Notes: generated from the letters alone by a model not told the origin. A stretch of 64,000 nucleotides of DNA from an uncultured Bacteroidota bacterium (GCA_903847205.1 CAINDA010000004.1:210-64209); one strand, 5' to 3'; counted from the first letter of the stretch, positions 38,565-46,944 are shown. Numbers and translations: made by a program.

Positions 38565-40301
38565 ATGACAAATGATATTGGTTATTATTGTGTGGGATTC
38601 ATCTGGGATGGTGGAACTGATAGTCAATTAGAGCGTTTTATAAAACAAGGCATCTGGGAAAATGGATTCAATGACAAATATATTGATAAAGTGAAAAGCA
38701 TTGAAATAGGAAGTAAACTCGCCGCTAAAACTTCATATACTCGTAAGCTTAATGGTAAAACAATATCTGTACTTGCCGTATATGGGATTGGCACTGTTAC
38801 AGAAAACCCTCAAAATGGAAAAATCTTAAAAGTTGAATGGGAGAAGAATTTTCATCCATTTACAATTGATGGTCGAGGCGCATATCGTTCAACAATCAGT
38901 AAAGTAAATCATAAAGAAAATATTGATTTAATATTTGGCAAGAAAAAAAATAAAGAAGGAGAAGCTCTTAATTACAATCCTGATGATTTACAAGATTTGT
39001 TCCCTTTAAACCAAATTCTTTTTGGCCCGCCGGGAACAGGAAAAACCTACACCACCATAAACAAAGTAGTTTCAATAGTGGATGGAATAAAAGAAAATAA
39101 GTTAAACGTATATTATGAAGATAGGGAAACCTTAAAAGAAAGGTTTGATGAACTTCTTATTCAAGATTGGGATAGTAACGATGGCAATGTTGCCTTCATT
39201 ACATTTCATCAAAGTTTAAGTTATGAAGATTTTATTGAGGGAATAAAACCTTTAATTTCAGAAGATGAAAATGTTTATTACGATGTTATTCCGGGTGTAT
39301 TCAGAAGAATTGCATCTCTCGCGATGGATAATTGGTTAGATTCAAAAAAGGGTAAAAAAGGGCAGTTTTCTTTTGATGAAGCCTTTTTTAAACTAAAAGA
39401 AAAATGGGAAGAGGATAATCAAATGAAATTCCCTATGAAAACAGAAGGCAAGGAATTTACGGTTACTGGCTTTACCAAATATTCCATTAAATTTAAAAAA
39501 GCAAATGGCGGAACCGCACATAGTTTAAGTATTGCAACCTTGCAAGATTACTATTACCAAAAAAAGGAAATACGAAAAACAGGTATAGGCATTTACTATC
39601 CTGGAATATTGGAAAAATTATCTGAAAATAAACCGGTTCTTGAAATTGAAAAAGAAGAAAGAAAGTATGTTTTAGTAATTGATGAAATTAATAGAGGGAA
39701 TGTTTCTCAAATATTTGGTGAACTTATTACTTTAATTGAAGAAGACAAACGAATGGGAAAAACCGAAGCATTAGAAGTTACTTTGCCATATAGCAAAGAG
39801 AAATTTTCTGTGCCGCCCAATCTCTATATTGTTGGCACAATGAATACTGCTGACAGGAGTGTAGAGGCTTTGGATACGGCATTACGCAGACGTTTTAGTT
39901 TTATAGAGATGATGCCGGATTACAATCTGATAGAAAAAATAAAGGATATTAATTTAGCCGGCTTATTGCGTACAATTAATAATCGCTTATGTTATTTAAT
40001 TAATGAAGATCATCAAATCGGTCATTCATATTTTATGGATATTACTACGGATGAGAAATTAAAAGATGTATTTAAAAATAAAATAATCCCTTTGCTAAAA
40101 GAGTATTTCTATAATGATGCGTCAAAAATTCAACTTATTCTAGGCGAAGGTTTTGTAAAGAAAAATGCAATCAAGAAACCGAAATTTGCTATTGCAAATA
40201 ATGAAGTGATGGATAAGGACACTTATTCTATAATTGAAATTGATGAGAAATTTGACATTGCTCAAGCCATTATTAAAATAGGCTCATTTGAAAATGCTTA
40301 A
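38565..40301 (+). CDS. mcrB: McrB-like AAA+ GTPase subunit with uncharacterised N-terminal (probable DNA/modified-base reader) domain
   Basis: 578 aa. ILFGPPGTGKTYT, VLVIDEINRGNVSQIFGELITLIEEDKR, LYIVGTMNTADRS, ALRRRFSF. The N-terminal roughly 140 aa are not assignable by eye. Confidence 0.85.
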   Translation: MTNDIGYYCVGFIWDGGTDSQLERFIKQGIWENGFNDKYIDKVKSIEIGSKLAAKTSYTRKLNGKTISVLAVYGIGTVTENPQNGKILKVEWEKNFHPFTIDGRGAYRSTISKVNHKENIDLIFGKKKNKEGEALNYNPDDLQDLFPLNQILFGPPGTGKTYTTINKVVSIVDGIKENKLNVYYEDRETLKERFDELLIQDWDSNDGNVAFITFHQSLSYEDFIEGIKPLISEDENVYYDVIPGVFRRIASLAMDNWLDSKKGKKGQFSFDEAFFKLKEKWEEDNQMKFPMKTEGKEFTVTGFTKYSIKFKKANGGTAHSLSIATLQDYYYQKKEIRKTGIGIYYPGILEKLSENKPVLEIEKEERKYVLVIDEINRGNVSQIFGELITLIEEDKRMGKTEALEVTLPYSKEKFSVPPNLYIVGTMNTADRSVEALDTALRRRFSFIEMMPDYNLIEKIKDINLAGLLRTINNRLCYLINEDHQIGHSYFMDITTDEKLKDVFKNKIIPLLKEYFYNDASKIQLILGEGFVKKNAIKKPKFAIANNEVMDKDTYSIIEIDEKFDIAQAIIKIGSFENA

Positions 40302-41559
40302 TCAGTCGCTAATTAGTGTTTATGAATATGGCTTTCTTCAAGTTGGAGAAGAGTATAATAACGTAAGGTTCACCGAAACAACTTATAAGGAGCTAGCAAA
40401 ATACTTAACCGCCAATAAAAATTGCGGTTATTATTCTTTGTTATATAACAAAATACGATTTGCAAATTATGTAGGAGTTATCAAAGTGGGCGATATAACA
40501 ATTGAAATATTACCTAAAATAGAAAAAGCAGAAAACGATGAAAAAACATGGCGTAATGCACTCATCAAAATGCTTTACATTAGTTTACAAGTGGAAGCTA
40601 ATACTACTACTTTAGCTGATATTAATGTTAATCAACAAAGTGTATTATCCACTTATATTAATCTGTTTTTAACCGAAACTGAGACACTCCTGCATAAAGG
40701 TTTAATTAAAAAATACAAAAAAGAACAAGGCAACAAAACTGCATTAAAAGGGAAATTAGTTTTCACAAAACACATAACGCAAAACCTTACCCATGCTGAA
40801 CGTTTTTATGTTGAGTACAACGATTATAATAGGGACAATGTTTACAATTTCATTCTTCGAGCAGCAGTAGAGTGCATCATAAAAATTGACCCTTCGTTTT
40901 ATTTAACCAATAAAGCTAAAACGGTATTAAACTTATTGCCGGAATGCAGCCCGGTCAAAATAAGCGAATCTCTATTTTCTAAATTAAAATACGACCGTAA
41001 AACCGATGGCTACAAAACATCAATTGAGCTGGCAAGAATAATATTATTAAACTATCATCCTGATGTAAAATCGGGTAGTAATAATATTCTAGCTATTATG
41101 TTTGACATGAATTTACTTTGGGAAAACTATATGTATTACATGCTCAAACGTGCTGGAAATGAATACGGAGTTGAGATTTCAGGACAGCAAAAAAAACATT
41201 TCTGGCATCATGAAGACGATTGGGATCTAAGGTTAAAACCCGATTTAGTTCTTTCTAAAGGAGGTACAAACATTGTAATCGACACTAAATGGAAATACGA
41301 TTCTCAAATTTCCATTCAAGATGTAAGACAAATTTATGCCTACGGTGATTACTTTACAGCGTCAAAAAATTATTTGATGTACCCGGATAAATTGGAAAAA
41401 GGTGAAATAGAAATTAGAGAAGGACGTTTTTACGAAGCAGATTCCGAAAATAATTTTAAAGACAAAGCGTGTAGTTTAATGTATATTGATATTATTAAAG
41501 AAAATGGCTTGAATATGGAAATTGGTAATTCCATTTTAGCAAAATTGTTTTCCAATTAA
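40288..41559 (+). CDS. mcrC: McrC-like nuclease subunit
   Basis: 423 aa, 14-nt overlap with mcrB. C-terminal PD-(D/E)xK LRLKPDLVLSKGGTNIVIDTKWKY. Confidence 0.75.
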   Translation: MKMLNQSLISVYEYGFLQVGEEYNNVRFTETTYKELAKYLTANKNCGYYSLLYNKIRFANYVGVIKVGDITIEILPKIEKAENDEKTWRNALIKMLYISLQVEANTTTLADINVNQQSVLSTYINLFLTETETLLHKGLIKKYKKEQGNKTALKGKLVFTKHITQNLTHAERFYVEYNDYNRDNVYNFILRAAVECIIKIDPSFYLTNKAKTVLNLLPECSPVKISESLFSKLKYDRKTDGYKTSIELARIILLNYHPDVKSGSNNILAIMFDMNLLWENYMYYMLKRAGNEYGVEISGQQKKHFWHHEDDWDLRLKPDLVLSKGGTNIVIDTKWKYDSQISIQDVRQIYAYGDYFTASKNYLMYPDKLEKGEIEIREGRFYEADSENNFKDKACSLMYIDIIKENGLNMEIGNSILAKLFSN

Positions 41560-41608
41560 TTCATTCACTTCTTTTATAAATTTCGACTGATATTATAGAT
41601 CCAAAATT

Positions 41609-43162
41609 CTATTTCTCAATTGTAGCTATCGGCGTTCCTGCAAGCCCTTCTTTTACGAGATAAGCTATAAATTTCGCAAACAATTGAATGTCTGAGCCAG
41701 CGCTTGCTTTTTCAAGTGCGTTCATATATGTTTTGCGTTCCTCAACTGGTACAACTGTCCAAGGATATCCGCCAGATGCAAGCATTACATTCATTAAAAA
41801 GCGTCCCATACGGCCGTTACCATCCATATATGGATGTATGAACACAAATATAAAATGACCTAATACTGCCCTAACCGAAGCTTCTTTTTCGTTTTGCAAT
41901 AATTCAAAAAACACAGGCATTGCATCTCGAACAGCATCTTGATTCAAAGGCACATGTTTCGATTGGCCAATATATACTTGTCCATTTCTGTAACCGGCCA
42001 AATCAGAAGCTTTTAATATACCGGCCGTAACACTTGGGGCAAATAATTCTCTATACCAATCTCCATGATCGGTGTCCGCGATTTCCCCCGCATTAGCACC
42101 ATCAAGTATTTTTTTGATACTTCCCCATACTTTTTGAGTTGCCTGCCAGTAGCCCCGCGCAGCCATAGCATCCCGCTGCCTTTTATCTTCAGCATTATTT
42201 TTTGAATCCCATCCGCCGCTTTTCACCCGTTCAATCAGTTCGGCGGTAACCCTGTATCTTTCTATGGATAAGGAATGATAGGCATCTGTGACATATATTT
42301 CTTCTACAAGCTTCATGTATCTTTTATGATCTTTCGGTAAGCCCGGAGCTTTCGGAAAATGAGTTATAACTATGTCTCTCATTTCATGCCACATTAATTT
42401 TATCCTGTTCACATACGGAGACCTTTCCCTTGAGGATAAAGCAATTGGAGTTTTGTTTTCAAAAGGGTCTGTTTCACGCACATCATAACCGGCAGCTTGC
42501 ATTGTTTTCATTATTTCATCAGCAATTTTTTCTTGTCCGATATTCCTGAAAGCGCCAGCCAATCGTCCGGCAATTGTACTATGCCCGCCATCCAGCAGCA
42601 ATCCCAATACTTCAGAAGCATTCCTTATCATAGCAAGACCTGTTCGCGCATCTGTTGCTTTTTTATCAAACATTGAAGGCGTACAATGGATAAGTGCAGA
42701 CGGAAGGGTTAATATCCTTAATCCACCTATAATTTGAATTTCGGCTGCTTGGGGCAATGAAGATTTCATTGTTACCAATGATGTTTTATTAGGCAGTGGA
42801 GTAATTCCGTTAGGGCCGGCCAATGAGCGTATAATAAGTTGGTGCGGTACTGTATGATCGCCAGTGTGCAGCTGCAATGATTGATCGGCTGAAATGCAAT
42901 AAGAATCACCATATCTGTCTGCTAAATATTCGGCGCAAAACTGCCAGTAGGAAGCATACCAAGAAGTGCTGTCACCCTGTTCCTCATCAGTAGATACTGA
43001 TAGATACCAGCCTTTCATTACTTCCTTCAAAAACTTATTTTCAATCAAACGTTCTCTATGAACCCTGCTTAGTGCAGATGTTTTAATTGCAATGATTCCT
43101 TGATCTTGAAGCTTTTTAAGAATCTCCAGTGATTCTGCTAATTTTTCTCCCGGTGTTGTCAT
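41609..43162 (-). CDS. Fic/DOC family protein with long N-terminal extension
   Basis: 517 aa. Fic core HFIFVFIHPYMDGNGRMGRFLMN (HxFx[D/E]GNGRxxR). Upstream SLSIER resembles a degenerate inhibitory (S/T)xxxE(G/N) helix. By eye the gene is more G+C-rich than its neighbours. Confidence 0.85.
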   Translation of the reverse strand: MTTPGEKLAESLEILKKLQDQGIIAIKTSALSRVHRERLIENKFLKEVMKGWYLSVSTDEEQGDSTSWYASYWQFCAEYLADRYGDSYCISADQSLQLHTGDHTVPHQLIIRSLAGPNGITPLPNKTSLVTMKSSLPQAAEIQIIGGLRILTLPSALIHCTPSMFDKKATDARTGLAMIRNASEVLGLLLDGGHSTIAGRLAGAFRNIGQEKIADEIMKTMQAAGYDVRETDPFENKTPIALSSRERSPYVNRIKLMWHEMRDIVITHFPKAPGLPKDHKRYMKLVEEIYVTDAYHSLSIERYRVTAELIERVKSGGWDSKNNAEDKRQRDAMAARGYWQATQKVWGSIKKILDGANAGEIADTDHGDWYRELFAPSVTAGILKASDLAGYRNGQVYIGQSKHVPLNQDAVRDAMPVFFELLQNEKEASVRAVLGHFIFVFIHPYMDGNGRMGRFLMNVMLASGGYPWTVVPVEERKTYMNALEKASAGSDIQLFAKFIAYLVKEGLAGTPIATIEK

Positions 43163-43186
43163 TTAACGTTATTTTTTTACGTACTA

Positions 43187-43275
43187 AAAATCTATTATCG
43201 CGTTGTTTTAAAATACTACAATTGTGTTGTGTTTAAACTCTATTAATGCGTTGTGTTAAAACTCTATTATTGTGC
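43187..43275. repeat. four imperfect tandem 23-25-bp repeats immediately upstream of the Fic start
   Basis: aaaatctattatcgcgttgtttt / aaaatactacaattgtgttgtgttt / aaactctattaatgcgttgtgtt / aaaactctattattgtgc. The first repeat begins 25 nt from ATG 43162. Confidence 0.7.
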
Positions 43276-43480
43276 AAATTTAATGTAAATTATTGAATTT
43301 CAATAAATTTAAAGAGTGAAATTGATAATTAAATTATGTGGAAAATTAATATTAATAATTAAATTCTTTGCAGGAATAGGGAGAATTGGAAAAGGAAAAT
43401 AGGCTGGCTAAAGTTTTAAGAAACAATAAAAGATGGAAAATATCAACCTTTCAAATTTATGGTATTTTTAAAGTAGAGAG

Positions 43481-43539
43481 TGAGGATGCCTACCTTTGAT
43501 TTACGTATTTAAAACGTAAATCAAAGGTAGGCATCCTCA
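43481..43539. repeat. perfect 26-bp inverted repeat with 7-nt loop
   Basis: tgaggatgcctacctttgatttacgt(43481-43506) atttaaa acgtaaatcaaaggtaggcatcctca(43514-43539). No flanking T-run on either strand. Confidence 0.95.
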
Positions 43540-43654
43540 TGGAGAAAGTCAAATAGTTTGCAATTATAATAACTGCTGAAACCAACTATGTAAGTATTGC
43601 TTGTTCTCAAGATGCACTCCGCTGTTCATTATTTAAATTAACCAACCCGTCAAA

Positions 43655-44260
43655 TTATTTTTCTTTTAAAAGTGAAAAAAGAAAATCGCTGATGTTTGCC
43701 GGAGCAAGTTTTATGTCGTTCATAAGCTTCTTTCTATCTTCTTTATATAGTAATTCCTTTATTTTTTTCACTGTTTTGGGTTCTAAATTTTCCGTGCCTA
43801 ATTCTTCCAGCGCCTGAATTATCAAACTGCTTAATTTGCCCTCCATTACCAACTTTTTAGGAGTAGTGGGCTTAAATTTTATGGTGCTTTTTCCGATTTT
43901 TATTACACGTGCCTGACCATCTGTTATATAAACCAATTTCATTGGAATCTGAGTTGTGAGCCCTAATTTATGCAAAGCATAAGCTCCAACAGGCTTTATA
44001 CGAATATGTTCCTTTTTAGCAATAGCTTCAGCAATACTTTCCAACGATGGCATAAGCTCACCTAATACTGGATCAACTTTGGGCAGCAAATAGACTCCAT
44101 GTGCTATCCGTTTAATTCCTCCGGTTTTACATATTCTGGATAAGGATTGCCGGATAGCCGCATCCGAACCCATTCCCCGAAAATCTGATAGGAAATATAA
44201 TTGTCCGGCTCTACTTTTAGCTAGTTCTATTTCGATTTCTTTTTGTACTTCTGAACTCAT
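43655..44260 (-). CDS. AbiEi-family antitoxin-like protein (DUF6088-type)
   Basis: 201 aa. DAAIRQSLSRICKTGGIKRIAHGVYLLPK...IKPVGAYALHKLGLTTQIPMKLVYITDG...IKFKPTTPKKL...IQALEELG matches the DUF6088/AbiEi pattern. Confidence 0.65.
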   Translation of the reverse strand: MSSEVQKEIEIELAKSRAGQLYFLSDFRGMGSDAAIRQSLSRICKTGGIKRIAHGVYLLPKVDPVLGELMPSLESIAEAIAKKEHIRIKPVGAYALHKLGLTTQIPMKLVYITDGQARVIKIGKSTIKFKPTTPKKLVMEGKLSSLIIQALEELGTENLEPKTVKKIKELLYKEDRKKLMNDIKLAPANISDFLFSLLKEK

Positions 44261-44263
44261 ATC

Positions 44264-44331
44264 GTCACCAATTTACAAAAATACGTGACAACTTTCCAAA
44301 TTTATGTCACATATATTTAAAATAATGTGAC
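44264..44331. promoter_or_regulatory. four GT(C/G)AC boxes of alternating orientation at an exact 21-bp phase in a divergent promoter region
   Basis: GTCAC 44264, GTGAC 44285, GTCAC 44306, GTGAC 44327. Outer (cgtcac/gtgacg) and inner (cgtgaca/tgtcaca) pairs form a nested dyad. Box 1 is 4 nt from the DUF6088-type gene start. Confidence 0.55.
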
Positions 44332-44522
44332 GAAATATTTATATGATTAACTGAATATCATCATATTTACCAAACAGAATGATTCCTCATTAAAAAAAAC
44401 AAATTCCAATAAGTTGACACATTATATGACTGTTAAATCGGAAACAAAACCTTTGGGAGTAAAGCATCGGAGTCAATTTACAAGTATATTTGATAGAAAA
44501 TAATTTAGTTTAAACGAATAGA

Positions 44523-45281
44523 ATGAAAGTCCAATACTGCTCAGATTTACATCTTGAGTTCCCTGAAAATAGGGCGTATCTGAAAAAGAATCCGCTAATT
44601 CCGATTGGCGAAATTCTTTTGCTGGCTGGGGATATTTTGCCCTTAACTTTAATTAATAAGCCATGCGATTTTTTTGATTATGCCTGCGATAACTTTAAAC
44701 AGGTGTATTGGATTCCGGGGAATCACGAGTATTATAATTACGATATTAAAGATGTTCCAAAACCTTTGAATGAAAAAATCAAAGAAAATCTCTTTTTAGT
44801 AGATAACCAGCAGCTGAAAATTAATGATGTCAATTTTATTTTTTCAACTCTTTGGAGCCATATTAATGAGCAAAACAGATGGAAGATACAACAAAACGTT
44901 TCTGATTTTTTTGTTATAAAAAATCATGGCAGTAATTTATCAGTATTAGAATTTAATGAATTTCATAAATCAAGTTTGATTTTTTTAAGTGATGCTCTCA
45001 CTCAAACTGAAAAGGAAAAACAAGTTGTGATTACACATCATGTTCCCACACTTTTGAATTATCCAGCACAGTATAAAAACAGTCCAATTAACGAAGCATT
45101 TGCTACCGAGTTATTTGATTTTATTACCGGATTTACAGCAGACTATTGGATTTATGGTCATCACCACTCAAACACACCGCCATTTAAAATTGGTGAAACG
45201 GAAATGCTAACCAACCAATTAGGCTATGTAAGTCATAATGAAAACAGGCTGTTTCAGCTAAATGCGTATTTTGAAATTTAG
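44523..45281 (+). CDS. calcineurin-like metallophosphoesterase
   Basis: 252 aa. CSDLHLEF, LLLAGDI, IPGNHEYY, VITHHVP, IYGHHH motifs. Confidence 0.8.
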   Translation: MKVQYCSDLHLEFPENRAYLKKNPLIPIGEILLLAGDILPLTLINKPCDFFDYACDNFKQVYWIPGNHEYYNYDIKDVPKPLNEKIKENLFLVDNQQLKINDVNFIFSTLWSHINEQNRWKIQQNVSDFFVIKNHGSNLSVLEFNEFHKSSLIFLSDALTQTEKEKQVVITHHVPTLLNYPAQYKNSPINEAFATELFDFITGFTADYWIYGHHHSNTPPFKIGETEMLTNQLGYVSHNENRLFQLNAYFEI

Positions 45282-45492
45282 CAGATCTGATTTTTTTTAT
45301 CATCTTTTATTTAATTTAGCCGGAAATAAAAAATTATCAATTAGTTGGGCAATCGTAAGGAAACAGTTGGGTGATAGGTTGGGTGAAAGGTTAGGTGATA
45401 ACGAATCGGAAATTCTTGAAATTATGTGGATGAATCCATCCGCAAGTTTTCCTGAAATGGCTAAAAAAAATTGGCATCAATACGCCAGTTAA
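45262..45492 (+). pseudogene. fragment of a wHTH/regulator gene (LGDRLGERLGDNESEILEIM..type C-terminus), probably frameshifted in an A-run
   Basis: 76-aa ORF without a credible N-terminus. After the A8 run at about 45465, a -1 shift would read AKKIGINTP.., the usual continuation of this type of wHTH. Region is homologous to the chromosomal flank at 49119..49212. Confidence 0.35.
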
Positions 45493-45512
45493 AGAAAAAA
45501 AAATAACAATAC

Positions 45513-46106
45513 ATGGGATTAAGCATTGATTATAGCGGTAGTTTTAAAAAAGAAGCTTCATTAGAAGCAATGATTGAGGAAGTAAAAGATATTGTCGAAA
45601 TTTATGAATGGAAATACACTATCAATAGCACTCGTTTTCCGAAAAACACAATCGGTAAAATAGAGTATGATGGTAAACTATATGGTATTTCCTTTACTCC
45701 ACCCGATAGCGAAACTATTTCCTTAACTTTTTTATCAAATGGTAAAATGTGTTGCGGAGCCAGATTAGAATTTTTTGGCAATTCTGATAATGAAAATGAT
45801 AAATTGTATTTATACATGTTGTGTTCAAAAACCCAATATGCAGGAAGTACCATTCACAAAATAATTATTCATTTGCTCAGGTATTTAAGCGAAAAATATT
45901 TTCAGGACTTTCAACTTACCGATGAAGGCGCTTATTGGGAAACAGGAGATGAAGAACTTTTAGAAAAGAATTTTAAAGCTTACAATGCTTTAGTAGATGG
46001 GTTTGTGCATTCAGTAAAGAATTACCCAATTAATACTGCCGAATCGTTTACCGAGTATTTTGAAAGAATAATGAAAATGCTTGATGAAAAAAGAAACAGG
46101 AAGTGA
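45513..46106 (+). CDS. hypothetical protein, no recognisable domain
   Basis: 197-aa ORF with ordinary composition, same strand as the metallophosphoesterase gene. No motif recognised. Confidence 0.5.
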   Translation: MGLSIDYSGSFKKEASLEAMIEEVKDIVEIYEWKYTINSTRFPKNTIGKIEYDGKLYGISFTPPDSETISLTFLSNGKMCCGARLEFFGNSDNENDKLYLYMLCSKTQYAGSTIHKIIIHLLRYLSEKYFQDFQLTDEGAYWETGDEELLEKNFKAYNALVDGFVHSVKNYPINTAESFTEYFERIMKMLDEKRNRK

Positions 46107-46473
46107 GATCCCTAATTGCACATTAATTGCACAAATTGCACATTGATTGGCTAAAAAAATTGTTAAATAGAAGGGTAAGTATCGAAAAAGGAAATGCACT
46201 TCGATGAGTGCATTCCACAATTTATGATAATGCGGGCAACCAGCTCCTGCATCCTTTGGGACAACGAGTGATTTAAAGATAGTATATTTTACAACATTAC
46301 CTGCGTTATCAAAATCAGCACATTACAATTATGCATCCACGTCTGCATAATTATAATGCGTCTGAAACCAGTTGCATTTGGGTAGTACTCCAATAACTAC
46401 CCAAATAACTACCCAAGCTAGGCCATAATTCAAACTAAAATTAAGATTGAGAAAGATAAGGTTTAAGATAACC

Positions 46474-46552
46474 TGCTTAGGTTCCTGATTAAATCACTTA
46501 AAATGAACATATTATTTGAGGTAAATTTAGAGTTTTAAAATAGTATAGATTA
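46474..46552. repeat. left copy of an about 80-bp direct repeat flanking the AbiE cassette
   Basis: tgcttaggttcctgattaaatcacttaaaatgaacatattatttgaggtaaatttagagttttaaaatagtatagatta versus 48912..48992 (about 90 percent identity). Confidence 0.85.
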
Positions 46553-46566
46553 TAAACCAAACAATT

Positions 46567-46773
46567 ATGAAAAGCAGAAAAAACAACAATCTAAATTTTT
46601 TAAACTCGGTAGATAAAAACGAACTAACCATAGAAAAGCTGCGCACATACTCAGGCTTTGAGGATGTGAGCGAAGATGAAGCAAAAGAACATATAAAGCT
46701 CATTAAAACCTTTGCAAGGGTGTTGTTTGATGTTTACAAGAACGACCAAATAAAAGAATCAGTAAAAACCTAA
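46567..46773 (+). CDS. small hypothetical protein (pattern-similar to 25859..26068)
   Basis: 68 aa: LTIEKLRTYSGFEDVSEDEAKEHIKLIKTFARVLFDVY. Confidence 0.4.
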   Translation: MKSRKNNNLNFLNSVDKNELTIEKLRTYSGFEDVSEDEAKEHIKLIKTFARVLFDVYKNDQIKESVKT

Positions 46774-46944
46774 TATAGATGATCGGTAACCCTTTCTTTC
46801 CCATTAAACTGATGCCAAGCGGAGTAATTAACAATATGTCCACTATATCCCGCATACTTTAGAAGTAGACAATTTATCATAAAGTGAAAACGTTTTGTGA
46901 TATAATGAAATTATTTATTACATTTGATTGCCTTTTAATACACT

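Noticed and set aside
46195-46203. GCACTTCGA, identical to the first 9 nt of the att direct repeat, inside the island
   Set aside because: A 9-mer match is expected by chance at roughly 0.2 per 25 kb on two strands, and the following bases diverge. Not enough to call a third att site. The better-supported relic is at 45.25-45.39 kb.
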